64,000 nucleotides of DNA, taken from positions 32,001-96,000 of the forward strand of contig JANOEP010000016.1 in assembly GCA_031441465.1 (NCBI GenBank), in the 5' to 3' direction. Origin of the DNA: a bacterium. GTDB lineage: Bacteria; Krumholzibacteriota; Krumholzibacteriia; LZORAL124-64-63. Of this stretch, positions 39,558-49,460 are shown piece after piece (within the stretch, counting starts at the first letter, position 1; every line of letters starts with the position of its first letter). The notes under the pieces are model-generated. The model made no database searches. It saw nothing but the letters and a program-made list of their open reading frames with translations, and was not told the DNA's origin. Made by a program: the position numbers and the translations under genes.

Positions 39558-41851
39558 ACGAAGTCGGCAAATCCCTGCCCAAGATCGACGCCCTGGGCCT
39601 GGTGCGCGGCACGCCCGCCTTCACCGACGACTTGGCGCCGCGCACATCGCTGTGCGTGGTGGCGGTGCGCAGCCCGCACGCCCACGCGCGCATCCTCTCG
39701 ATCGACGCGTCCGCGGCGCTGGCGCTGCCCGGAGTGCTGGCCGCGTTCACCTGGCAGGACGTGCCGCGCGTCGCGGTGACGCGCGCCGGCCAGGGCCACC
39801 CCGAGCCCTCGCCCCGCGACCGCTTCATCCTGGACGAGTACGTGCGCCACGTGGGCGACGAGGTCGCCATCGTCGCGGCCGAGACCGAGGAGCAGGCCCG
39901 CGAGGCGGCGCGCGCGGTGCGCGTGGAGTACGAGGTGCTCACGCCGGTGCTCGACTTCGAGACCGCCCTGGACAACCCCGTCGTGCTGCACCCCGAGCCC
40001 GAGATCCACGAGAACTTCCCGATCGGCTTCGAGCCCAAGCGCAACGTGGCCAGCGCCTACAGTATGCACGTCGGTGACGTGGACGCGGTCGTCGCGCGGT
40101 CGGAGGTCGTGCTGCGCCGGCGCTATTTCACGCAGGCCCAGCAGCACGTGGCGCTCGAACCGCACTGCGCCTGCACCTGGCTGGACGTGCACGGGCGGCT
40201 GAACGTGATGAGTTCGACGCAGACCCCGTGGCACGTGCGGCGCATCATGGCGCGCGCCCTGGAGCGCGAGGTGAAGGAGATCCGCGTCGTGAAGCCGCGC
40301 ATCGGCGGCGGCTTCGGCGGCAAGCAGATGCTCCACGGCGAGCTGTTCTGCGCGCTGGCGACCCTGCGCACGGGACGGCCCGCGAAGATGGTCTACACGC
40401 GGCGCGAGGTCTTCGAGGCCACCAACACGCGCCACCCGATGCGGTTGGACGTGACCCTGGGCTCGGATCGCGACGGCACGCTGCGCGCGATCGACCTGGA
40501 AGTGCTGTCCGACACCGGCGCCTACGGCGAGCACGCCCTGACGGTGTTCATGGTCGCGGGCGCCAAGACGCTGCCGCTGTACAACAAGGTCGAGGCGGTG
40601 CGCTTCGGCGGCCGCACGGTCTACACCAACCGCGTGCCCGGCGGCGCCTTCCGCGGCTACGGGGCGATCCAGGGCAACTTCGCCCTGGAGTCGGCCCTGG
40701 ACGAGCTGGCGGGCGAACTGGGGTTGGACCCGGTCGTCCTGCGCGAGAAGAACATGATCGCCGAGGGGGAGACCTCGCCCATCTTCGCCATCATGGGCGA
40801 GGGTACCGAGGGCGTGGAGATGATCGTCGAGAGCTGCAAGCTGCCCGAGTGCCTCCGCCGCGGCAAGGAACTGATCGGATGGGACGCCAAGGGCGCGCGC
40901 CGCGAGGTCGCGCCAGGCGTGTTCCGCGGCCTGGGCATGGCCCTGGCGATGCAGGGCTCGGGCATCCCGACCATCGACATGGCGGCCGCGACGCTCAAGC
41001 TCAACGACTTCGGCTCGTTCAACCTGCTGATCGGGGCGACGGACCTCGGCACCGGCAGCGACACGATCTTGGCGCAGATCGCGGCCGAGACGCTCGGCGT
41101 GCCGACCGGCGACATCATCGTCTACGCCTCGGACACCGACCGCACGCCCTTCGACACCGGCGCCTACGCCTCGAGCACGACCTACGTCACGGGGCACGCC
41201 GTGCGGACCGCGGCGCTGAAGATGCGCGAGGAGATCCTGGTCGAGGGGGCGCGGTCGCTGGGCTGCGCGCCGGCGTCGGCGACGTTCGACGGGCGCGAGG
41301 TGCGCGGGCCCGAAGGTGCGATCACGCTGCGGGACCTGTCGACGAAGCTGCTCTACAACGAGCACCAGAAGCAGTTGATGACCACCGGCAGCCACCTCTG
41401 CGAGAAGTCGCCACCGCCTTACATGGCGGCCTTCGCCGAGGTCGAGGTGGACACGGGCACCGGCGAGGTCAGGTTGATCGACTACGTGGCGGTGGTGGAC
41501 TGCGGCCAGGCCATCAACCCGAACCTGGCGCTGGTGCAGGTCGAGGGCGGGCTGGCGCAGGGGATCGGGATGGCGTTGTGGGAGGAGGTCGTGTACGGGC
41601 CGCAGGGCCACCTGCGGACGCGCGACCTGATGAGCTACAAGATCCCGGGGCGCGAGGACATCCCGTCGATCCGCGCCGAGCTGGTGGCGAGCCACGAGCC
41701 GAGCGGGCCCTACGGGGCCAAGAGCGTCGGGGAGATCGGGATCGACACGCCGCCGGCGGCGATCGCGAATGCGGTGGCGGCGGCGGTGGGCGCGCGGGTG
41801 CGGGATCTGCCGGTCACGCCGGAGAAGGTGCTCAACGCGCTCCCGGGCTAA
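39554..41851 (+). CDS. Molybdenum hydroxylase molybdopterin subunit (xanthine dehydrogenase family, XdhD-like)
   Basis: RSPHAHA, STQTP, IGGGFGGKQ, AFRGYG, GTGSDT, ASST, GAKSVGE. Confidence 0.9.
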   Translation: MNEVGKSLPKIDALGLVRGTPAFTDDLAPRTSLCVVAVRSPHAHARILSIDASAALALPGVLAAFTWQDVPRVAVTRAGQGHPEPSPRDRFILDEYVRHVGDEVAIVAAETEEQAREAARAVRVEYEVLTPVLDFETALDNPVVLHPEPEIHENFPIGFEPKRNVASAYSMHVGDVDAVVARSEVVLRRRYFTQAQQHVALEPHCACTWLDVHGRLNVMSSTQTPWHVRRIMARALEREVKEIRVVKPRIGGGFGGKQMLHGELFCALATLRTGRPAKMVYTRREVFEATNTRHPMRLDVTLGSDRDGTLRAIDLEVLSDTGAYGEHALTVFMVAGAKTLPLYNKVEAVRFGGRTVYTNRVPGGAFRGYGAIQGNFALESALDELAGELGLDPVVLREKNMIAEGETSPIFAIMGEGTEGVEMIVESCKLPECLRRGKELIGWDAKGARREVAPGVFRGLGMALAMQGSGIPTIDMAAATLKLNDFGSFNLLIGATDLGTGSDTILAQIAAETLGVPTGDIIVYASDTDRTPFDTGAYASSTTYVTGHAVRTAALKMREEILVEGARSLGCAPASATFDGREVRGPEGAITLRDLSTKLLYNEHQKQLMTTGSHLCEKSPPPYMAAFAEVEVDTGTGEVRLIDYVAVVDCGQAINPNLALVQVEGGLAQGIGMALWEEVVYGPQGHLRTRDLMSYKIPGREDIPSIRAELVASHEPSGPYGAKSVGEIGIDTPPAAIANAVAAAVGARVRDLPVTPEKVLNALPG

Positions 41852-41889
41852 CCCGCGGGCGCGGCGGCGCGGCGTCCCGCCGTCGGCCG

Positions 41890-42924
41890 TCAGTCGGCGG
41901 CCAGCGCCGGCTTGGGGGCGCGGTCGGCGCCGAACAGCCCCCAGTGCTTCTCGACCTCGTGTGGGTCGTCGCTGCCCTTCCAGTTCTCGTCGAAGGCCTC
42001 GAACCAGAACGAAGCCAGGCGCGCGACCGCGACCCAGGCGCGGTAGCGCCGGAAGAACTCGGTCTGGCTCGCCTCGTCGGTACGGCCCGTGATCAGCCGC
42101 CCCTGGTTCCCCTCGGTCCTGCGGTCGGTCGCCCAGCCGACCTCGCCCAGCGCCAGCGTCGCGCCCGGGTGCGCGGCGCGCACCTCGGCCAGGCGGGCGT
42201 CGAGCCACGGCAGCGCCTCGTCCAGAGAGCGGCCGTTCCACAGCGGATGCGCGTGCAGGGTGACGAAGTCGAGCTCGCGGGCCACCTCGCGGCTGGCGGG
42301 CTCACGCCAGTAGGCGAAATCGTCGGCGGTGCTGACCGGGACCGTCACGGCCGCGCGCACTTGGCGGATCCTGGCGATCAGCGTCGCCGGGGAGCAACGG
42401 TTCCCCGACCAGGACACCTGGGTCTCGTTGCCCACGCACACGGCGAGGACCACGTCGGGGTAGGCGTTGGCCAGTCGGATCGCGGCCGCGCATTCCCGCT
42501 CGTTGGCGTCGGTCTTCTCGGCGTCCGGCGCGCCTTGGTCGCCGTCTCCCCGTTCGGGTTCGATCCACGCGCCCAGCATGACCTTCATGCCCAGGGAATC
42601 GGCGCGGATCGTCGCGAGGACCGTCTCGGCGGTCTCCGCCGCGCCGTAGGTCCGCAGCAAGCGCCACCGCGGCCGCATCAGACGCAGGTCCTCGAGGATC
42701 TGGTCGGCCGCGGGGCCGGGCCCGCCCGGTCTCTGGCCGTCGCGGTGCGGTCCGTAACAGATCGCCTCGCCGATCCAGGCGTCGTCTTCGCAGGGCTGGA
42801 AGGGGCGGATGTCCACGGCAGCCTCCCGTTGCGGGGTGGTGTCGAACGGCGCAGCCATCCCGCCGGCCGCCGGTCCGACAAGGACGAGCGCCGCAGTGGC
42901 CGCGGGGATCACCAGCAACCACAT
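41890..42924 (-). CDS. Secreted GH17 beta-1,3-glucanase/transglucosylase
   Basis: Signal peptide; ICYGP, LRTYG, VGNE acid/base, GEVGWAT nucleophile, FEAFDENWK, EKHWGLF. Confidence 0.88.
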   Translation of the reverse strand: MWLLVIPAATAALVLVGPAAGGMAAPFDTTPQREAAVDIRPFQPCEDDAWIGEAICYGPHRDGQRPGGPGPAADQILEDLRLMRPRWRLLRTYGAAETAETVLATIRADSLGMKVMLGAWIEPERGDGDQGAPDAEKTDANERECAAAIRLANAYPDVVLAVCVGNETQVSWSGNRCSPATLIARIRQVRAAVTVPVSTADDFAYWREPASREVARELDFVTLHAHPLWNGRSLDEALPWLDARLAEVRAAHPGATLALGEVGWATDRRTEGNQGRLITGRTDEASQTEFFRRYRAWVAVARLASFWFEAFDENWKGSDDPHEVEKHWGLFGADRAPKPALAAD

Positions 42925-43098
42925 GATAGCACCTCCGCGGGGAGCGCGATGGCGACGAGGCCGACGACGGGATGGGCGTCCAACGGGCGCGTGCGTTCGA
43001 TGTCGTCCGGAGTCGGCAAAGCGCCGGGTAGGCCCATCATCGCCGGATTCAAACCCAGGCCGACCTTCGCGGGCTGGGACCGATGATGTCCAGCACGC

Positions 43099-43119
43099 TT
43101 TGTACGAGACCCGAACAAA
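43099..43119. promoter_or_regulatory. Putative ROK-repressor operator A
   Basis: TTTGTACGA-GAC-CCGAACAAA. Confidence 0.7.
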
Positions 43120-43255
43120 GTACCTGAATCCGAAATGCTGGCCAACAAGTTCCAGGATTTGGAATCTTTTAATGATTTAACTATTCATCTCATTATTTAT
43201 GATACCTGCTAAAAATTAACAATTACTCATTTTTTTTAATCTCGCGAAAATCTAC

Positions 43256-43285
43256 TTGATTCGGTCACCGAACATAGTTTATAAT
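43256..43285 (+). promoter_or_regulatory. Operator B overlapping a sigma70-like promoter
   Basis: TTGATTCGG-TCA-CCGAACATA (43256-76); -35 TTGATT, 18-nt spacer, -10 TATAAT (43280-85). Confidence 0.7.
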
Positions 43286-43411
43286 CTCCCCAGTGGAGGA
43301 ACCTTGATACTGTGATGGCAAGATCGTTGACAACCGCACAGGGCGGCGTCCAGGTATCCGGGTATTCCGCGACAACCCCAGGGACAGCACACCTCAAATC
43401 AAGGAGTCGTC

Positions 43412-44104
43412 ATGATGAGGACAAAAGGTAACGTCGCTCTTCGCACACTGTTGGTCCTGCTCGCGCTCGTCTCGTTCGGCACGGCCGTCGCCCAGGCCCA
43501 GACCGACGTCACGGTCGATCCGGCGGCGATCACCTTCGGGTACATGAACGTGTTCGATCTGGGCGGCGCCTTCCTGTGGGGCAGCGGCTGGGGAATCGGC
43601 GATCTGACGGCCGTCTACAGCGGCTCCATCCTGACCCTGGGGCCGAACACGATCGGCGATCCGAACGAGTACTGGTACCAGTGCGTCGGCGGGGTCTCGC
43701 CGCCGAACTGCGGCGGTCCGGGCGCGCCGGGCAACAAGATCATGGAAGCCAACCTCTACGCCCAGGTCGATGGTTCCCTCGCGGGCCAGACCGTGACGTT
43801 CTCCGGCGAGATCCTGTCCAACACCTTGACCAGCGCCCACACGGTCCTGGCCTTCATCAAGGACTTCGCCCCCGACTTCTCGTCGTTCGTGCAGACCACG
43901 GTGGTCCTGTCCGCGCCCGGGCCGTTCAGCGTGACGCAGACCGCCATCAACGATCCGGGCCGCCACGTGCAGTGGGGATTCCAGACCACCGGCGTCAACG
44001 TCTGGGTCACCGACCTGGCTCCCTTCGGAACGATGGTCGTCGGTCCGGAAGGGACGGTCGGCTCGGAGACCATGAGCTGGGGCACGATCAAGGCGCTCTA
44101 CTAG
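43412..44104 (+). CDS. Secreted protein of unknown function with C-terminal SWGTIKALY motif
   Basis: AAGGAG RBS; signal peptide (AQAQ); core resembles the 49461-50432 protein. Confidence 0.75.
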   Translation: MMRTKGNVALRTLLVLLALVSFGTAVAQAQTDVTVDPAAITFGYMNVFDLGGAFLWGSGWGIGDLTAVYSGSILTLGPNTIGDPNEYWYQCVGGVSPPNCGGPGAPGNKIMEANLYAQVDGSLAGQTVTFSGEILSNTLTSAHTVLAFIKDFAPDFSSFVQTTVVLSAPGPFSVTQTAINDPGRHVQWGFQTTGVNVWVTDLAPFGTMVVGPEGTVGSETMSWGTIKALY

Positions 44105-44144
44105 ACATCTCGCCCGCGTCGTGTCGCGCCGCTGCGCGCAATGA

Positions 44145-44175
44145 AGAGGGGGTCCGGCGGCGCCGGACCCCCTCT
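44145..44175. terminator. Hairpin between convergent genes
   Basis: AGAGGGGGTCCGGC-GGC-GCCGGACCCCCTCT, 14-bp stem. Confidence 0.7.
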
Positions 44176-44196
44176 CTCGTCCCAGCCGGGGCGCGT

Positions 44197-45819
44197 TCAC
44201 CTGACCAGGGACAGGCCACCGGTTTCGATGAAGTCGTCACCCCGCAGCCGAACCAGGTAGACTCCCGATGGCAGCGCCGATCCCTCGCCGTCGCATCCGT
44301 CCCACTCGACGGCATGCGCCCCGGCCGGGAATCCGCTGCGGACCAGCGTCCGCACGCGCCGGCCCGCCAGGTCGAAGATCTCGAGTTCGACCCGGCCCGC
44401 GCGGTCGAGTTCGAAGCGCAGCGTCGTGGAGGGGTTGAACGGGTTCGGTGAGGCGGGCAGCAGGCGGCCTGCCGCGGTCATGGGCGTGCCGGGGCGGCGG
44501 TCGTCAGGGAGGTCGGTCGCGCCTTCCGGCACGAAGCGGAAGTCGCTGATCACGACCTCCTGGTTCGTCGCCGGCGTGCCCGAGAGCTTCCAGAGGTTCA
44601 GGTGTGTCCGCGGCTGCTCGGGACGCGGGATGTGTGGGCCGGTGTAGGTCCAGGCGTGGATCAGGTTCCCGGCCGACTCGTCCTGCGGCCCGCCGCGCCA
44701 GACGCGGAATTCGACGCGGTCGGGCAGCCAGCGCATCGCGTGGCTGGTGACCTCGCCGACGGCGAACGTGGCGTCGAAGCGGGTCAGGTTGCCGCTCCAG
44801 TCCCAGGGCTGGGCCACGAATTGCCCGATACCCTGCGAGGGGACGCCCCAGCGGCCGTACTCGATGTCGATCTCGTTGAACGCGTTCCACCAGAGGTAGC
44901 CCTCGTCCCAGCAGGGGCCGTACTCCCACAGGAACAGACCGAGCACGACCTGGGGATCGAGCAGGTCGAGCCGGCCGACCGTCGTCACCACGTAGTCGCC
45001 GTAGCCGAGCGCCGCCTCGGCGGCGACCTCGGTGCAGTACCAGTTGCTGCCGACCCTCTGCGCCGTCAGGTGCAGGGCCCCGGCCGCATCGACCCAGACG
45101 CTCGCCTGGGAGTCGCTGAAGAGGTTGCCGCCGGGGCCGTAGTAGCCCGGGCCCTTGACGCGCCAGAGGCGGCCGGCGAAATCCAGGGTCCTGCCTCCGG
45201 GGAAGTCGTTCCACTGCACGTCGTCGATCGTCGGCGCGGCGGTGGAATAGAACGTGACCTGGTCGTAGTAGACGTCGGGCGAGGGATCGGAAGGGCTCTG
45301 CAGCACACCGAGCAGCAGGCGGGCCGTGGCGGAGCCCGCCGGCGCCGGCCCAGCCGTCAGCGCGAAGGGGAGGTACGCGTCGGTCGCACTGCTCGCGGTG
45401 GCGACGGTGTTGGAGTCGTAGTCGATCAGGCTACCGGCGCTGTCGCGCCATTCCACGTTGACCAGGGCGAGGCACGCTCCGGTCAGGGGCCTTTGCGACG
45501 GGACCAGCACGTTGCCGGCCACTTCGAACGACTCGCCCGCGGTGCAGGTTTGCGCCTGCCAGTAGCCGGATACGTCCCAGCCGCCGGCGTTGGGTCCCCG
45601 CACGCGCGCGGCCTTGTGGCCGTGGCTGGCGATCGTCGAGAGCCCGACCGAACCGAACTGGTTCCAGCCGCCGAAGACGACGCCGGCCGAGCCGGCGACC
45701 TCGAAGCTGGGGTTGGCCAGGATGCACTGGGCAGGCGCGGCGCCGGCGAGCGCCGCCACCATGACCAGGGCGAGGAGCGGGGCGCGGGCGGGCGCCGGCA
45801 GCGATGGCTTGGGATGCAC
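44197..45819 (-). CDS. Secreted GH16-like protein with N-terminal CBM-like domain and FlgD-Ig tail
   Basis: GTG start after AGGAG; LANPSFE..YYDQV CBM-like domain; NEIDIEY catalytic motif; ASPNPFNP tail. Confidence 0.75.
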   Translation of the reverse strand: MHPKPSLPAPARAPLLALVMVAALAGAAPAQCILANPSFEVAGSAGVVFGGWNQFGSVGLSTIASHGHKAARVRGPNAGGWDVSGYWQAQTCTAGESFEVAGNVLVPSQRPLTGACLALVNVEWRDSAGSLIDYDSNTVATASSATDAYLPFALTAGPAPAGSATARLLLGVLQSPSDPSPDVYYDQVTFYSTAAPTIDDVQWNDFPGGRTLDFAGRLWRVKGPGYYGPGGNLFSDSQASVWVDAAGALHLTAQRVGSNWYCTEVAAEAALGYGDYVVTTVGRLDLLDPQVVLGLFLWEYGPCWDEGYLWWNAFNEIDIEYGRWGVPSQGIGQFVAQPWDWSGNLTRFDATFAVGEVTSHAMRWLPDRVEFRVWRGGPQDESAGNLIHAWTYTGPHIPRPEQPRTHLNLWKLSGTPATNQEVVISDFRFVPEGATDLPDDRRPGTPMTAAGRLLPASPNPFNPSTTLRFELDRAGRVELEIFDLAGRRVRTLVRSGFPAGAHAVEWDGCDGEGSALPSGVYLVRLRGDDFIETGGLSLVR

Positions 45820-45875
45820 GGTCGGCTCCTGGTGCGGGTCCGGTCGCGACGGACCGCCGGCTGATGCCGCAGGCA

Positions 45876-48800
45876 TCAAGCCGGGCGCGGCACGGCGACA
45901 TCGACCTCGATGAGTGCGACCCGGCCGCTGCGGGCGAACAGCTCGGCGCTCGTGGCCGGGGACAGCCCGTCGCCGTCTTGCCGGGACGACGAGCCGTCGG
46001 CGAACGCGATGCGCAGATGCGGCGGCCCGTCGTTCCGGGTATACACGACCGGCACCTGGCAGTAGGTGAACGCCAACTGGCCGGCCGACAGGGAGATGGT
46101 CTGCTCGCGCCCTTCCACATCGTAATACCGGAAGGCAGAAGGCTGCGCGAGGAACTCGTCACTCCGCAGCAGGCGTGGACGGAAGCGCACGGCGCCCGCG
46201 GACACGCGCACGCCCAACTCGCCGAACCTGGCCAGGATCTCCTCCTTCACCTGACCGGTCATTCCCGGCTGCTTGGCGCCGCCGTGGGCCGGGGTGTGCG
46301 AATAGGGGTCGGTCGGGAAGGCGCCGAACTCCGCGACGCTCTTCTCGGGGCCGAGGCCGGCGCGGATGCGGAAGTAGGCCGCGGCCAGGCCGTCGCGGAT
46401 CGCGGCCGGCGCGTTGTCGCGCTCGGCTGTCAGGGCAGCCGCCTGGGTCGCCAGCAGGAGCTTCGCGACCATGTGCCAGTAGATGCAGCCCAACCCCTCG
46501 TAACCGTACATCACGCCGGAGCGCCCGGTGTAGGAGCGGTGGCTGAACACGCGTTCGTAAAGCTCGCGCACGGCCTCGCGATCGCGGGCGACGGCCCCGG
46601 CCCGGCCCGGGCGCTCGGCCAGCGCGTCGAGCGCCGCTTCGAGGTCGTGTTCGTTGCGCAGGCCGGCGGCGAAGCGGATGGCGCCGTCGGCGTCGCGGGC
46701 GACCAGCGCGCCGTCGCCGGCGGCGAGCGACTCCCGCAGCAGGGGCACCGCCTCCGCTAGGTCGCCCGGCACGAGGTTGCGCGCCAGGAATCCCGGCAGC
46801 TCGCGTTCCGGGTACAGCAGGAAGCTGCGGCGATCCGGGCGGTAGAGGTCGCTGGCGAACAGCTGCTCGATCACCGCGAGCGAGGCGGCCGGGTCCAGCG
46901 CGCCCGAATCGAGCGCGGCGACCTGCCCCTCGAGCATCACCGGCAGGCGACCCACCTCGACCCGGGAACCGTCGGGGGAGAAGTGCAGCAGGTTGTAGCC
47001 GTGGAACAGGCCGTCGTCGCGTCGGTTGGCCGCGATGCTGCGTTCCGTCCAGGCCAGGGCGGTACGGCACAGGCGGGCGGCGCGCGCCGGCGCGAGGCCG
47101 ATGTCGCCGTTCAGCCCGCCCGCGTATGCCGCCCGGCGGTAGTCGTCGAAGGCGCCGCCGAGACGGTCCAGCAGCCGCTTGCGGTCGCGCGGGTCGAGCG
47201 GGCCCGCGCCGGATGGGAGCGCTTCCTCCTCGAAGACCTGCGCGAGGCCGTCGAACCAGGCGGCGATCTCGGCCGCGACGGGCAGTTCGGTCTCGCCGGC
47301 CGCCGCGAAGCGTTCGGCGAGGAAAGCCAGGTAGCGTCTCAGGTGGCAGAGCGTGACCACCGAGACGCCGCCGCCGGCCAGCGCGTTGTTGGCGTCGTTC
47401 CACTCCGGTCGCTGCGTGTTCATCCAGATGCCGGCGTCGGGAACCAGGTTCGACAGCTTGGACAGCGCGGGCACCAGCAGCTTCTCGAACAGGTTCGCGC
47501 GGCGGACCGCGCCGTCCCCGCTGCGCAGCAGCTTGCCGTCGGTGCCGATCGCGGCGACGCGCGCCCCGATCCGCGCCGCGAGCTCCGTGTCGAACTCGAT
47601 CGTGTCGCACGGGTTCTTCAGGATCTCGGCGTAGGGCCTGATGCGGTACGGCACCTCGACGTAGGTGTAGATCCGGTCGCCGAGCGCCGCGCCGAACGCC
47701 GCGGGCTCGTGGCGGTGCCAGAGTTCGAGCAGGCGCAGCAGGTAGACCACCTGGTGATCGCCCCAGTAGCCGATGTTGCTCCAGGAATCCGACGGCGTGA
47801 CGGTCTCCCAGTCCACGCCGTCGCGGGAGATGCGGAACGGGTTGAAGCCGTCGACCGTCGATGCGTTGACGAACTTGGCGACGACGTTCGGCAGGAAGCC
47901 GGGATAGGAGACGCAGAGTGCCTCCCAGTTCTGGAAGATGTCCCGCCAGTTGCCCTCGTAGCCCAGCGATCGGGCCCCGCCGTGGCCCCGCGCGCGGATC
48001 GAGAACGTGTTCCAGGGCCGGCTCGGGTCGCCGTGGCGGCGCCCGAAGTGCAGGGGCAGGTACTCCAGGGCGTACCGCGCGAGGTCGGGGTCGCCGGAGG
48101 CGACGGCCGCCGCGCGCAGCTCGCGGATCGACGGCGTCTCGGGCAGGGCGTCGAGCAACCCGCGCCGGCGCGCGGCGACCCTGCGGTCGCGGGCGAGCAC
48201 GAAGGTGGCGAAATCGTCGGTGGGAGCCGTCTCGTTCCGCCAGAAGACGCCGCCGCGCATGTTGTTGAACAGGACGTTCGCGAAGTGGTGGGCCCAGGCC
48301 TCGGGACGACCGGTGGCCTGCAGGCCGTCGGCGGCGGCGACGATCCGCCGCAGACCATCGCCGGCCCGGTCCAGCGCCGCGGCGACGCGGGCGTCCAGGT
48401 CCGATTCCTCGCGCAGCAGGCCCCGCAGGGCCGCGACCGCGACGTGGTCGCGGCCGGTGTCGCAGACCAGGCGCCAGCGCACCGCGGCGCCCGGACCCAG
48501 CTTCAGGCTCGCGCCGACCAGGTAGTTGCCGCGGACGCCGTTGAGCGTCGTGTCGGCGGCGGCGGCGCGGCCGCGGCGGAAGTCATCGAGCGCCCGGCGC
48601 GACAGGTGGCGGCGGCTTCCCGCGAGCCCGCAGCACCAGACGACGTTGGCTCTCAGCGATTCGAGAGCTTCGGCCCGGTCGGTGATGCCGGCGGTCAGCG
48701 AGAACACTCCCAGGCCCGTGGCGGGATCGATCTCGGACTTCTTGTAGGCGTCGATCAGGTTCGGCGTCTGCTGGTACAGGCTCAGCGGCGCCCCGTGAGG

Positions 48801-49358
48801 CAGCACGTTGAGCAAGCCGTCCAGCAGGTCCAGGCGCCGGGTCGCGCCGCTCCGGTTCTCCAGCGTGGCGGTGCGCACCCACCCGAACTCGTCGCAGCCG
48901 GCCCACTCGTGGCGGAACGCCAGGCCGAGCGCGTGATCGATCTCCTCGAAGACGAGGCGCGTGCCGGCGGCGTTCTTGTAGAGGTTCCTCTCGACCTGCG
49001 CCTCGCCGGCGCGGTCGGTGAACGGTTCCCACAGGGTCGTCGCCGCTTCGGCGGACGCCAGCCGGATCAGCGTGCGGGGACCGGTGTGGTGGTGGGCGTC
49101 GTGCAGCTCGTCGGCCGTCACGTAGGGGAACAACGCTCCGTCCGGGTCGATCCGGCCCGCGGTCAGACCACCGCGCGAAGAGACGAACAGCCACAGGTCG
49201 GCGTCGTTGGCCAGGGTCATCAGGAAGGGTTCGAGGCGGTCGTAGGCCGCGATGCGATAGAACTGCTCCCCGTCGAGCGTGACGAAGCCGCCCGTGGGCG
49301 CCGACGACGGGAGCGCCGGCGGGGTCAGGGGATGTGCGGGCGCCGGCTTACCCTCCAT
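45876..49358 (-). CDS. GH149-like beta-1,3-glucan phosphorylase
   Basis: 1160 aa, no signal peptide; YEGNWRDIFQNWEAL, WMNTQRPEWNDANNAL, YEGLGCIYWHM, FPTDPYSHTP..QPGMTGQVKE, as recalled for GH149; beta-glucanase context. Confidence 0.8.
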   Translation of the reverse strand: MEGKPAPAHPLTPPALPSSAPTGGFVTLDGEQFYRIAAYDRLEPFLMTLANDADLWLFVSSRGGLTAGRIDPDGALFPYVTADELHDAHHHTGPRTLIRLASAEAATTLWEPFTDRAGEAQVERNLYKNAAGTRLVFEEIDHALGLAFRHEWAGCDEFGWVRTATLENRSGATRRLDLLDGLLNVLPHGAPLSLYQQTPNLIDAYKKSEIDPATGLGVFSLTAGITDRAEALESLRANVVWCCGLAGSRRHLSRRALDDFRRGRAAAADTTLNGVRGNYLVGASLKLGPGAAVRWRLVCDTGRDHVAVAALRGLLREESDLDARVAAALDRAGDGLRRIVAAADGLQATGRPEAWAHHFANVLFNNMRGGVFWRNETAPTDDFATFVLARDRRVAARRRGLLDALPETPSIRELRAAAVASGDPDLARYALEYLPLHFGRRHGDPSRPWNTFSIRARGHGGARSLGYEGNWRDIFQNWEALCVSYPGFLPNVVAKFVNASTVDGFNPFRISRDGVDWETVTPSDSWSNIGYWGDHQVVYLLRLLELWHRHEPAAFGAALGDRIYTYVEVPYRIRPYAEILKNPCDTIEFDTELAARIGARVAAIGTDGKLLRSGDGAVRRANLFEKLLVPALSKLSNLVPDAGIWMNTQRPEWNDANNALAGGGVSVVTLCHLRRYLAFLAERFAAAGETELPVAAEIAAWFDGLAQVFEEEALPSGAGPLDPRDRKRLLDRLGGAFDDYRRAAYAGGLNGDIGLAPARAARLCRTALAWTERSIAANRRDDGLFHGYNLLHFSPDGSRVEVGRLPVMLEGQVAALDSGALDPAASLAVIEQLFASDLYRPDRRSFLLYPERELPGFLARNLVPGDLAEAVPLLRESLAAGDGALVARDADGAIRFAAGLRNEHDLEAALDALAERPGRAGAVARDREAVRELYERVFSHRSYTGRSGVMYGYEGLGCIYWHMVAKLLLATQAAALTAERDNAPAAIRDGLAAAYFRIRAGLGPEKSVAEFGAFPTDPYSHTPAHGGAKQPGMTGQVKEEILARFGELGVRVSAGAVRFRPRLLRSDEFLAQPSAFRYYDVEGREQTISLSAGQLAFTYCQVPVVYTRNDGPPHLRIAFADGSSSRQDGDGLSPATSAELFARSGRVALIEVDVAVPRPA

Positions 49359-49460
49359 GCTTCGCCTGCCTGACGTTGTGTTGCGTGTTCACGGAGGCTC
49401 CGATTCGCTTGAGGGTGGGAGGGGGACGGCGGCGTCCGCCCCCCTCCGCGACCGCGCAGG

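Noticed and set aside
42925..43411. Possible c-di-GMP riboswitch or foreign AT-rich insert
   Set aside because: GEMM core motifs not present in order; AT-richness is explained by divergent promoters with two operators
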